Origin: Balanoglossus misakiensis
Taxonomy: Eukaryota > Animalia > Hemichordata
Direction of reading: 5' to 3'
Assembly: GCA_040954595.2 (NCBI GenBank)
Contig: CM082592.2
Coordinates: forward strand, 10,031,677 to 10,095,676
Length of the DNA stretch: 64,000 nt
How positions within the stretch are numbered: the stretch's first letter is position 1; each line of letters begins with the position of its first letter. Under the pieces are notes generated by a model that worked only from the letters and a program-made list of their open reading frames with translations, was not told the origin of the DNA and did no database searches. Position numbers and translations under genes: made by a program. Shown here piece by piece: positions 39,152-52,300 of the stretch.

Positions 39152-42100
39152 ATGGAGCCAGGGAGTTTGTTGTCCGACCTGGATGATCTGCTCGGGACAA
39201 TCAGTGGTCAGTACGCCTTTTGAAATTTTGATTTTTACGTCCAAAGAGTAATCAGATGGCTTACATTCTAAACGTGGGTGAGAAATTTTAATGTGAGTTT
39301 TTTACAAAGAATTGGAATCTCACCTGAGCGATTTTCTCCAATATGCGTTGTGTTTTAATATCACTAATATTCTGTGTGGCTTTGTGAAGTTAAGCCTTTT
39401 TCTGGACAGCGTCGGTATGTGCGTTAGTAATTCATCATAAACTGCCACTGGTTGCCCATTCATTCATGTGTTACAAAGGAATTCCCTTGTTACTCCAGCG
39501 TTTAGCATTTTTCTATTATGGAAAAACAGACGGGTCAGACTTTTAAACCTTAATCTCTGTTGTTTCCTGACTTTGGCGTGGATTTTTCGCACAATTTGGC
39601 GAGTCCTCCTCGGTGCAGACACGGTTTTGGTGCACAGCACTAGTGGCCGGCGGCTGGTTTTCCTCTCCTTCAAGTAGGTACTGTGTTTGTGTTTGTATTC
39701 AGGTAATGGAAGAGTGCTTGTTGTGACTTGTTGCGACAATCAAGGCTGTTGTCTTTTTCTTGCCAAGTCTGTTGTAATTTTTGCTTGAAGCAATTTCGAA
39801 GCGTTTTTGGCCCAGTAACAAGTATAGTGGTAATTGTCCCTGGCGCATTGCTGGTGTTGTAGGCAGTGGAGGTGTGTTTGATATTTGGCATTTAGCACTC
39901 CCAACATCGCAGTTGTGAGCAATCTGATAATTTGTGTGTCAATTTGCTGCTGTGTGTACCCTGTGCAAACACCTTGAAGTTACAGAAAATACGTTGTCAC
40001 ATGCTTCTGAAAACTGCAGTATCAACCCAGATTGTTACCAAGAGATAGCATAGACAAACATGCGAACCCATGCTGAAATTTAAAGTGGCTTGAGAATTTT
40101 TGATGCAATCATACCACACTAGCTTGTGCAGATTTACAACAGAAGTACGAGTTCTTTGGATATAAGGATCTGGCCAATTTCATCAGAAATACCAAGAATT
40201 GTATTTTTTTTCAACCATGATTTGCATGTTGCTGAAATACCAAGTTTGTAGCATACAAGGTGAGTGAGGAAAGATTATCTGCATGGCCTAAATAGCAAGT
40301 CTTTTATGCGACGGTAAACTGATCAATTGTCCTTTGTTTTGAAAGCACAGTTTTCAACAAAAGTTAACCATTGTGTAGGCCCTGGTTCTATTCTCTCCCA
40401 GACTGCCTTTTGTCTTCTGTTGTCAAACTTGTCAATCAGCAAGTCTTGGGGTCTGTAGATTCTGCCGTGTTCATTGCATCACATTGGGACGGTTTTAAAT
40501 TTACTCGGGTATACGGTAGTCTCTTAAACTTGTTCTTGTTTGGCCAGAGGGTTGAGTATGCTATTGCTACTTTGCAGTGGTTTCTAAAATTTGTGACGAT
40601 ATTTCGTGATGTATATAAATGTCTTTGATCTTTGCCAGTTTTAAAGGGTGTTCAGTCTTGTTGCCATGGTTTCCAAACAACAATAATACCCTCTTGCTCT
40701 GTACATACATCATGTATACATATTCACAAGTTTTGATATAAAGTTGCTTGTTTGCCAGTATTTATATGATTTTTGTCATTTGCATAGCCTCACTTTCACT
40801 GTCAAACAGCTGTCTGTCCGGTGATATGTTGGTTTGTAACAAGGTACTGGTAATCTCTATTGTATTTTATGCATACATGATCTGAATGTAAATATAAACT
40901 GCCACATCAGATATACTGGTTCTCAAGAGAATACTCACATTTAGGAATAGATGCAGTGGGAAGTTACTATTTTTTTCAGAGTAGTTTATCAGGTGCAGCT
41001 CTTTCAGCTATTAGGGTGCACAAATCGTACATTGTGCGGGAGTGTGTAATTTTTGGTTTACTATAATCATGAGTGCAACAGCCGTGTCCACATTCAGAAA
41101 CGCAGACGTTCCTGTGGCCTGCTTCATTGTGACCCAAAGCCAGAACAGAGGTCAGTGTACAATGATCCGTCCATGTCAGTAACGGTATGGAAGTGTTGCT
41201 GCTATATAACCATGATCCAAGATCACAGCAGTGATTTACAAGCAACCTCATACATGGCACCACCAGTGGTCGTAACTACTTCTGATAGTGATTGTAATAT
41301 GTTGGTATCAAATTTTACAGTCATTGAATTAATCATATGTAATTGATATATGGATGTAGAATTATGACTTCCAGATCAGCTGAAGTTGAAAATAGATTAC
41401 ATTGTACATACATCATCACTATGTTTCAAGGAACAAACTAGAATATCATTAGGCATATTGCTCTAGGTAAACTAAAATTTCTTTGTGAATGTAGAAGAGA
41501 ATCTGAAAAAAAATAACTGGGAAGAAAAGAGGAATTATTTCACTTACTTTCATTGTAGTGTGTGGGAAATTTGAGTTGGTAACATTTCAGCTTCTTCCAT
41601 GGAATTGGATACCTACCATTTAAATCTGACATTTCAAGCTACTGTATGGCCATCCATTTGTTCTAATTTCGAGAAAATGATATGATCAGGTTTGTCTTCC
41701 GATGTGCCTTGGCATAGAAAGCTCAGTTGGCTCAGACTGTTTGTAGTCTTAATGTATATCCTCCGAGTGACAGAAGAAAAATCTTTTATTTGCTGATTTT
41801 ATTGTACAGGCACTGAGAGTGGATTCAGAAGACAGGATCCACCACAGACAAGCACACCAAAGTGCCTCTCACCATCACAGAACAGTACTACAGCCTGCGC
41901 AACAATGACTTCGTACTCCTCACCAACCATGAGCCATAATCCCAGGCACAGTTACACCAGCCCTGTGAGGTATTCCGGTGGTAGCCCGCTCTCGCAGAGG
42001 ACTGGGTTGAGTCCGAGTAGAGGGAGGTCCGATAGTCCGACCAGAGCATATCACAGCTCACCCCCAAGACAGGTGAGGGGAATAATACACACAGCTTCCC

Positions 42101-45100
42101 CCATGATTGGTGGAGAACAATCAAATCACAAATTTTCACTTGGATTGCCATACAAAGTGCACAATCACATGGTCATTAGAAGACCGGTAAATGGGTTTTA
42201 AAATATTTCTTTATGATGTATGAAATTTCTTTTCTTTTGTAGAACTATATGTCGGAGTTGGAAGCAGCAACGATACAGAAACAGAGGAGAGAATTACAGC
42301 TGCTCATAGTTGAGTTGCAAGACAGAGACAGAGAGTTGAACGACATGGTGCATGCTCACCATAAACAGTTACAAGCATGGGATGAAGACAGGCAGAGAGT
42401 TCTTATGCTGGAGCAGAAATGTTCTCGATATGATGGTGAGAATGAAGGGTTTGATTATAGAATGATTCTTCTACACACTGACACAATACACAGTGTCTTC
42501 TCATTTATACCATGGCTTTGATATTTAAGACTGCTGCCAACATATAGCATGTAAAGAAAATGCCACTGTCTGATCATATGAAATACACAGCTCACTTTTG
42601 GACTACAAATTATGTTCTATCTCTTCCTCTGCAGCTGAACTGAGGGGAAAGAACGATCAAATCAAACAGCTGGCCGGCAGACTTAAAATTATCGAAACTC
42701 AAGAGCAATCCAAGACATGTGCTCTTGAATCCACACAGAAACAACTTGAGGAGTTGTCCGAGAAAGCATGCTCATCATCCATGTATCTCCAAGATTTAGA
42801 GGTGAGTTGTAGTTATTTCGTAACATGAAATTCCTACATCATACCATTGAAAGACTTTGAGGAACTTTTGGGAACTTGAGAACATAAACTGAATTTATTT
42901 GATCTGAATCAATGTTTCATTTTCATGTGTTTCAGGACAGAAACAGATCTTTGACATCCACAGTACGAGAGATGTCGGCTCAACTTGGTCAGCTGGAGGC
43001 AAGGGAACAGGAACTATTGACTATGGTCAAACTGAAGGCAAGTCTGTCATCTTTATTCTATGACTTTGGGTGTGTGACCTCAAGCATAAACTTCATTTCC
43101 CCTGAGGTCATGAAAATTTTCAAATAATAACGATGTAAATGTTTCATGTGTGCCACTTATTAAGTATTGATGTTTCAATTTTCAGGATAAAGATCTGATA
43201 GACGCAACCACCCACATCACAGATATGACGACCAGACTCAAGAGATTTGATGCAGCTTGTAAGGTGAGCATTACGGCTAGGCACTGCTTTGGAGATAGTC
43301 TTCTCTTATTGTCTGCTTGGATTCCCCACAGGGAGGATGGCACAGTTATTCAGATAGGAGGTGGATTATTTACCTGATGGCAACTATACCTGATCACTCA
43401 ACATACAGCTCTGAACATTCATGATTGTTAATTTGACTGTAAGTCTATTGTATCTGATTCAAATGACTCATCTGCTACATGTATTATTGATGATCATTGG
43501 TGCCTTTTGGTTTGTATCACAATATTGTACATTGTATTGATTATTCACAGGAACTTAGACAATCAGAACTTGCGAGTAAAAAAGAGATAGCGGAATGGAA
43601 ACAGAAATTTTCCGATTCAAGAGGTGAAATTGAACGCCTCAGGGGTGAGTCATTGTATTTTTCAGGGCAATAGCTGAAGGAGGGGGCAATAGGTCTGATA
43701 TCATAAAGAATGCTTAAACAAAGCAATGTTGCCCAAAGACTTACAATCAAATCTCATTCGTCTGAAATTTTCCATCATTTAGGAGAATTAGGGGCTTCCA
43801 CTAGCAGCAACACAGAACAACAGATACTGACAAGCAAAGCCAAGGAAGAAATTGCATCCTTGAAGAAAGAACTACAGATTGCAAGTAAGTGTGTTAATGG
43901 CAGGTTATATACACTGGAGGTTATACACATTCTTTGTGCCCCTTGCTTACAGAAGAGTGACTTTGAGTGCGCCCCCAGTGGCTGGTCACACTCCATGGTC
44001 TTAGATGTACTGTGTGTGAGGGCACACTGTGAAATGTTAACACATCAGCACTTTTAATATTCAGTACCATATACTACATAATTTGTAAATTAAACATGCA
44101 TTCTCTGATCATGGACACGAATATTTAAAATTGACAGAATTCCTGTCCATGTACTCCTTTTTAGGTGAAAGAGAGAAGAGGAAAGATCAACTTCTTGAAC
44201 TGCAGAAATCACGACAAGACCGAGTTGAAACCGAACTGAACAACTTGAGACAAGTGTATGACAGACAACAGAAAGAAATGGCCCTGCTGCATTTGAACTT
44301 AGAGAGTAAAGATGAGTTGTTGGCCTTGCAAGAATGCAGGCTTAATGATACTGTGTAAGTAGAGAACAGTCATCTTCACTAACCAAAATTGAATACTAAG
44401 CCGTTTAACATTCCTGTGTATTGTCAATGTTTTCTGCAAATTCACACTATACTCCATGGCAACACATCTAATAAGTTTCAATTTCAACCAACTCATTTAT
44501 TCATTGTTCCATTCACCAGTGACGAACTGAGCCGCAGTCTAAATTCGCCGTCGTCCCACAGCCTTTCGCCTGCAAAGTCTTCATCCAGGACAAGCATGAA
44601 GTCAGCCAAGCTCTCCCCCAAATCACCCATCCTGTCCACGTCTCTGGCTGTGAAGGATCTTGAGCCTGTAGACAACAGCCAGGATGCCACAGCACAGGAT
44701 GGCAGCAGTGGAGGAACTGATGAGTTGTTGAACATCACAGCCAATGATGTGAGTTCTCCACACTATAATGACATCCTATAATCATCTGTTGCAGTAAAAC
44801 GTGAAGTGTCTTTGATTTCAAAAGTACCCCACCCCAACAACGTTGAGTTTGTTTTTCGGATGATATTCAAACATATATCATGACCAGCAGCAGATCGAAG
44901 TAAATCAGATCAACTGACAATACAAAGCTGAAAAATGCCGACTCAAACAACATCCCTCGACCCACCATTTTACAAGTGCCCTTTTCTGCCGTTGCAGTTG
45001 GTTGACAATTCTCCTACCAGCAAGCTTCACAGACTGCTGTCAGAATCAAGAGAGATGGTCAGAAACTTGGAGCAGACTACATTACCTCCATACTTCTCCT

Positions 45101-45346
45101 CTAGGTAGGCAACAGTATTGTTATGCCCCTATTTGGTCATACACTACACCGAATCTTTTATTTCATAGCTTGGTTATTTTTTCACCAGTAGATAATTACA
45201 GACAAAGTGAGTAGAGAAATTTATGATAGAAACAAAATCATGACATGAATGAACAATATTTTGTACAATGCAAAACATTATCACCATAACATACATGTAC
45301 AATGTTAAGTAACAATCTGTTTTATTTTTTTCTCTTCAGTAACTAA
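39152..45346 (+). CDS. CCDC62: Coiled-coil domain-containing protein 62
   Basis: A putative first coding exon (39152-39206) splices in phase to 41810. Exon ~42243-42435 reads ATIQKQRRELQLLIVELQDRDRELNDMVHAHHKQLQAWDEDRQRVL. Later exons contain QLEAREQELLTMVKLK|DKDL, EREKRKDQLLELQKSRQDRVETELNNLRQVY and SPTSKLHRLLSESREMV. Stop TAA at 45344-45346. Confidence 0.88.
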
Positions 45347-46844
45347 GCTTCAATGCGTTAACATCCAGCTTTCAAGATGAATGTCACACTATGAAGAGTA
45401 TTAAAATTGTGTGTTTTGGTGAATTTTTTTTACATAATTTGTGGAACCTATTGACAACCAACATGTACCTAATCTGGAGTGACCTTGCTGTGGGTTTTCA
45501 TCTTTGACTTTTGATGTCTGTGGACTTTTCAGGTGTGCATTAAACTTGGCTGTGAAATTCCAAAGACTGATATTTATAGCTCAAATTTTACATCATTGGT
45601 CTAAGTGGAAACGTCTTTCACACCTATTACCTTGGTTTGCAAAATGACCACCAAGTTGATTGCTAAACTTATTGGAACCCAATGAAAAATGCCATATAGT
45701 ATTTTTGCCTTTAAAATTACATGTGTAAAAAGTGTATATAAAAAGACATTACCCGTACTAATTATTTAATTAATAATTGTCAATTTTTAAGGAATGATAT
45801 TACAATGAAGAAATTGTATTTTATTTTTAGAATTTAGCAATAATGTATAATAAAAATCCTTGCATTTTTAACACAGCTAATGCATATGTATGAAAGCGAA
45901 ATTTTTTCCATGCAAATACTTATATTTATTCAAAATTTTATTATTGGTTTTTCCTGTTGATATCATCCATTTTTATCTGAAATAATTATGAGAAAGAAAT
46001 ACAGTAATCAGTCCCTCCACTTTGCCTCAGGGCTGTTAATTATCCCAATTATATGTCAAAGGCTACTGTATTACTTGTTTGCATTCCCTGATGATATAAT
46101 TACTTTTCTATTTTTAGTTCCTGCCATGTGTTTATCAAGATTGTAAACTACATCTTTGTGTAATGTTGAAAGATCATGTTAAAACTCTTTCCTATGGAGC
46201 TGGTTGCTTTCCATGGCACAGCCAAAGAGAATAAGCGTTATGTGTTAACTCTTTGCACTCTGACCTCTTGGTGACCTATGACACACAATTGATTGCCCCC
46301 CTATTTCCCAATATTGTTGAACCCAAATGTATGGGATATGAGATGGGGTGAAATACGTGAGAAATAGTAAGTTGAAACATTTCTGAAATATTTGCCCTCA
46401 GGGTGTGTTCTGGATTTTATTTTGCTACTTACTTTATTTATATATTAATTATTTCTGGTTTAAAAATATAACTTTATATCATTGAGATTTATATTTTGCT
46501 GATAATTTTTGAGCTTACAATGTATTTTCTTGCTAAATTTTTGTGCTTATCTTTTTATATTGTGCTTTGCTTTATTTTATTGTTGCTTCTAAGGTTCTTC
46601 AACCAGTGTATGTTATTTTCTACTGTGTTACTTTCAAGAAGAGGACATTCCTGAAAATTGATTAAAAAAGCAATACTATCTAAATGAGCTATACAAACCA
46701 CACAGATCAATCACAAATACTCTTGTTTACATGTGTTTAATAATGATCCAACAAGATAAATGTACATGACATGTTGGTGACAATTTGAGTGGATTCTAGT
46801 GTGTCTGTGGGCTTTCACTGGCATGGATTCTAAGATGTTGACAT

Positions 46845-49047
46845 TCATATGTTTTTTTCATTTGAATGAATTCTCAGATGTCGTTTTAAGGCCCCAGACT
46901 GGGTAAATGATTTCTCACAAATTTGACAATGATGTGGTCTTTCATTTGAATGGGTTCTCAGATGTCTCGTAAGAGTCTCACGACGGTTGAATGTTTGACC
47001 ACATTCTTTACAAAGATGTGGTCTCTCATTGGTGTGGGTTATAACATGTCGTTTTAGGCCCCCAGAGTGGATAAATGATTTCTTACATATTTGACAATGG
47101 TATGGTCTTTCATTTGTGTGAATCCTTAGATGCACCTTAAGGATCCTAGACTGACTGAATGTTTTACCACATTCCTGACATTCAAAGGGTCTTTCATTTG
47201 AATGGATTATCTGATGTGTCTTTAGGCGCGTAAGCGTGATGAACGCTTTACCACATACTTGACACTCATAGGATCTTTCATTTAAGTGGATTCTTAGATG
47301 TGTCTTAAGATTCCCACGAGAGCTGAATGTTTTACCACATTCTTGACATTGATAGGGTCGTTCATTTGAGTGGATTTTCTGATGTGTCTTTAGGGACGAA
47401 AACCAGATGAACGTTTTACCACATTCTCGGCATTCATGTGGTCTTTCATTTGAGTGGACTTTAAGATGTTTCTGAAGGTTGCGTGAATAGTTAAATGATT
47501 TGTGACATTCTGTACATTTGAATGGTCTAATATTTGAGTGGATCCTCCGATGTGCCGTAAGGGTCCCATGATGGGTGAACGTTTTACCGCATTCTTGACA
47601 TTTATGTGGTCTTTCATTTGTATGGGTTCTAAGATGCTGCTTAAGGTTGGGTCTACAGGTAAACGATTTGTCACATTCTGTACATTTGTAGGGTCTAAAA
47701 TTTGAGTGGATCCTTAGATGTGTCTTAAGACTCCTATGATTGGTGAATGTTTTACTGCATTCTTGGCATTTATATGGTCTTTCCTTTGTATGGATTCTCA
47801 TATGTGATTTAAGGGTTGAAGCTTCTTTGAATGTTTGACCGCATTCTTGACATGCATGTGGTCTTTCATTTAAGTGAATCCTAAGATGTTTCTTTAGGAT
47901 CCTTGACTGGGTAAATGATTTTCCACATTCTTGACACTCATAGGGTCTTTCATTTGAGTGGATTTGCTGATGTGTCTTTAGGGTCGACAACCAGATGAAC
48001 GCTCTACCACATTCTTGACATACATGTGGTCTGTCATTTGCGTGAAGTCTAAGGTGTATCTTCAGGTTTCTAGAGTGAGAAAATGTTTTACCACATTTGT
48101 GACAATCATGTGATTTTTCATGTGAGAAGTTACTTGTGGGTACTTTGCTGTTGCTGTGGTTGATGGAAGTATTAGTATCAGAATCTTCTCTACTGTCCAG
48201 TGTTCTATCGTTCATGTTTCTCCAGATGAGATTTGATTGGTCATTTGCCGTATTGTCTTCACCGCATTTATCACAATCTGATTTGTCCACCGGATGACTG
48301 GCCACATGTGCATCTGATGTCATGTGCTGTAATTCTTTATTATGATATGAGCTTGTACTGGAAACGATGTCTAACGCAAGGTACCTCTGTTGTGACAGGC
48401 TGTCTAATATAACAGACTTATCTGTTGAAAAACAAAAGGCAGTTATTTAAAAATTAAGATGAGACTTGCACAATAATTTCAGCAATGACAGCATATTGCT
48501 TATACTGTACCACATAAGTAAAAGACGTACTCTACATCTGATTTTAATCAGATTGGGCAATTAAAAGCCTGTGGGTGAATAAAATGTGAAACACATACCA
48601 AGTTCAGGAAGACTATCCTCTTGAAATCTTCGGAGAATTTCACCGGCAATCCTTCCAAATGCCTTTCCCAATTCACTCATTTGACCAATGAGTCTTGCAT
48701 TCTCACATATTTGTTGACAATCTGAAACAAACATCAGTAATGCAGTATTCAATACATTCTATCTATGGCCATAGTGGGCTTCGCTTCTGAAAAGAACAGC
48801 TTAGAATCAGCAAAGGTAAAGACGGTGCCTCACACTACATCTGATTTTAATCAGGTTCAAACCCTCTACTCACACTCATACGGTCTATGTTTACATAGCT
48901 ACCTTGTCTTCCCAATGCAGCTACATGAGCACTCGGCATTTCATCGTCGCCACAAACAGCACGGTCACTCGAATCGCCACCAAGTACCAGTTCAAATACA
49001 TGTCTGCCGACTGAACTAAGTACAAAATCCGTGTTAATAGAAACCAT
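46845..49047 (-). CDS. C2H2 zinc-finger protein with 15 tandem fingers and no recognisable effector domain
   Basis: The final exon (46845-48421) holds 15 CxxC-x12-HxxxH units. In-phase upstream exons at 48599-48721 and 48904-49047 (start codon uncertain). Confidence 0.88.
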
Positions 49048-49357
49048 CGTGAAAATATCGTCGAAACAACACTGTGTGTACGGAGGTCGGGGCAACGAGT
49101 GGTGTTGTGCTGGAGAGGTCACATGACTTTTCTGTCACCTGACTCCCGGACCCTGCTGAGGTCATACCCACATTACTGTGCGACACTTGAAGTTCCGCCA
49201 TTTTCGTCTTCTTGGTCAACATTCACTGCACGTTCGCAGGGATTTCAGCGTGGGAAGCCGATCGAGACAGTGATATCGAGCGTACGTAATCACACAGACC
49301 CTACCGGTCGCACACATCTCCCAGATACAGAAGGGATCACACTCGCGATCGCACAGA

Positions 49358-52300
49358 ATGTCGCGTCTTTCCAGGCGAAGCACCAATAGTCTCGAGCAGG
49401 AGCGAGAACAGTTTATCAAAGCACAGGTAAGTTGGGTATCATATGGGCAAACCGTGCGATCAAGCTGCCGTTCGATTAAAATATGCAGTATACGAGTGAT
49501 ACCTCAAACGCCATGACGGCTGATATCGTTTGGCTTCAACGGTACTTTCAGTACTCTGATTCCAAGCTTGTTTTGGTACGTTTCCATTTGAACACAATCA
49601 GTTGAAAAAATGGTAGCGCATTTGCAAGATGTACATGTGGAACAACTTGTCTCATCAGCCCACATGTCTGTTCAGTGTCGATCATAATGTTGTGCTGGTT
49701 AGATTTTTATCGGCGGCTCAGAATCATAACACTATCTGCGTCTGAAGGTACCAGTCTGACTCAAAATGCCACGCCCACCCATCGTTCTTCAGTTGTGTCA
49801 ACGGGTGCTAGGTAACAACAAGGCGTTGATCAGTTTCTGCTAAAAATAGAAACTGCAATGAGGACAAATTAACAGTTAGGATTGCATGACACAATCGATC
49901 GATCATCACTGTTTGGCTAATTTTGACCCTGATAATTCTGATTGGCTAATTTTGACCCTGATAATTCTGATTGGTCAATTACTTGAAGGGGTTGACCCCA
50001 CAGCTCTTGTGATTGGTCAATATTACACTCTGCACTTGTGTGCAATGCACAAGCACCAGACAATTGACTTTGACCTGGAGTTGACCCTATAATGTCACAG
50101 TTTGTCCAGTATCTCTGTCTCTGAACTTGGCTGTGCACCCAGGCCCAAAAAACACTTCAACTGTATTTTTTAGCTCTGCATTGAAAGAATGAGAACAATG
50201 TGTCTCATTGTAGTATGTGCCAACTACCAAAAATAGCACAGTAAGATCCCGGATACTCAATAAGTCCTCTTGAAAGGAACAGACATCTTTTTCCCATACC
50301 TTACTGTTGTTCAAACTATTGCAATTGATCAATAATGCTTTGCATCCAGTAATGCATTGAAATCTGAATGACAAGACGTTTAAAGAGAGTTTGGCAGAAT
50401 CATTGCTTTGTCAGACAGTGTCAATGTCCTCAGACAGTTGGGGATATCAGACGCCTGAGATCAGGTTGAGTCATGAAAAACAGGTGATGTGTGACACCGC
50501 ATCCCCTGTCTCTCTCTCAACAGGTGTAGGCTTTGATATCCTCAACAAAATCACAGAGGCCATTGCAGGAAGGAAGTGAAACTCTCTGCATTGAGATGAT
50601 GAAAACACTATTTCATTGTACAAATTGAGTGTCTTCCTCAGTTTGAATACAGATAGAGATGTCTTCCTCCACTGTTCTGTTGTATGAAAAGGAATGATTT
50701 ACAAGCGCCATTTCCATTTGACTTTACAAGCCTCTATTTCCTTTCTTTTGTACAGCAGATTATGTTAGCTACCTATCTATCAACAGATCTATAGAGGCTA
50801 ACAATAATTCCGGTAGCCAGTTCAAAAAAGAATCATTCCTAACGTTAACTTGTCCAGGTTTGTGCTATAATTAAGTCGTTATTTTCTGAGCAAATATTAG
50901 AATTGACACCCAGGTCCTTGAAATAGTGACTGATTGCCTATCACTCCACATTCCACCATTGATCTGTCAATGTCTGTAAGCTACTTGTCTTACCCACCCT
51001 CTGTCCAGTGATTATCAGCAATTATATAACCACTTATACTATGCCTGGCAGATTGACCCTTTCACCACCATGGTCTGGTCCAGATCCATTGTTTTCTATA
51101 GTGAAGTTGGACCTCTACACAAGGAAGTGGGGATGAAAGGTTGAAGATGAAGTTTCCAACTGAATCCTGACATTCCTCAGTTGGATAAGAATATTATTGC
51201 TTTTATCAGTGGTTACTTTTTTTACCAGACACTTTAGTCTCACACCAACAAAAGAGGGGTGTGTGTGTATAATTCCTGCAAAAGGGGTGTGTATTTCTGC
51301 ATAGTTCACATACCCAGCAAATAGACACAATTTTTATCAAGGTAAACATAACCTTTGAGATTGTTCCAGTTCAAGTGATTGAAACAAAATGAGATTGAAG
51401 CGACACGCCTATCACATGGTAATATGCATCCGGTGTTCTCTACGTGAATTTCGGATATTCTGATAAATTATCAGCACTTAATTGATAAATGATTTGCCTG
51501 GTAATAAATAAGAGTAATAAAATAATGATGAAGAAACTGCAAGTAAGAGGGAGAGGGGTGTGGAGGCATGGAGGCTGGCTGAGACCATAGTTAGGGCATG
51601 ACTTGATATTGTAAATCACATCATGCTCATTCACCATATGAAACCCTTTGTATGGTTACTGGTCAACAGATGTGTGTTTATTTAGGTTTAATGTCCTGTG
51701 TGGTAATTTGTTATGCCAGGTCAGAGTTTGCTCAGCCACTCCCTAGATTGTTTCGTTTTCACACACAAGAGAATCCTGGTGTTTGATCTGAAAAGTCAAC
51801 TTGAATACAAAATCAACACAGCTAAGAACATTCCATTTCCAATATCTTGGTTTGACATACTTTAAACATATGTTTTATTCCAAACTTCATACATTTGCAT
51901 AAATCTTTTAGATATACTCTGTGGATATTGAAGATTAATTAAAACAACACCTTAAGGTTGTAGTCTTGTTATAATAGTTGAACAATTGAATAACAAAACT
52001 GCATTTTATCATTTTGTATGAGAATAGACATCAATATTTGTTTTGTAGATTAGTCATCTGGTACACATGCCATTGTATCAGTTGATATGGTTCAAAACTC
52101 AACAGGTGACGTGACCTTGCTTGGGTCAGTTAGCCCGCCTGGGGGTTAGAAGAAATGTATAGGACTGCCATTGAGAATTACTGAAAATAGTTTTGTTTTT
52201 TTTAGTCTGTAATCCTTCAATGGATCAGTCAAGTTTTTATTCAACTGTATATGGTGCTATCAGAGAAACGCTATCAATCACCTGTCAGTGGCTAGCACAG

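Noticed and set aside
50424-50483. Possible third HIP1 first exon (MSSDSWGYQTPEIRLSHEKQ|GTGATG)
   Set aside because: It is phase-compatible, but the donor is weak and no promoter-like context is visible; it cannot be distinguished from chance without RNA data.
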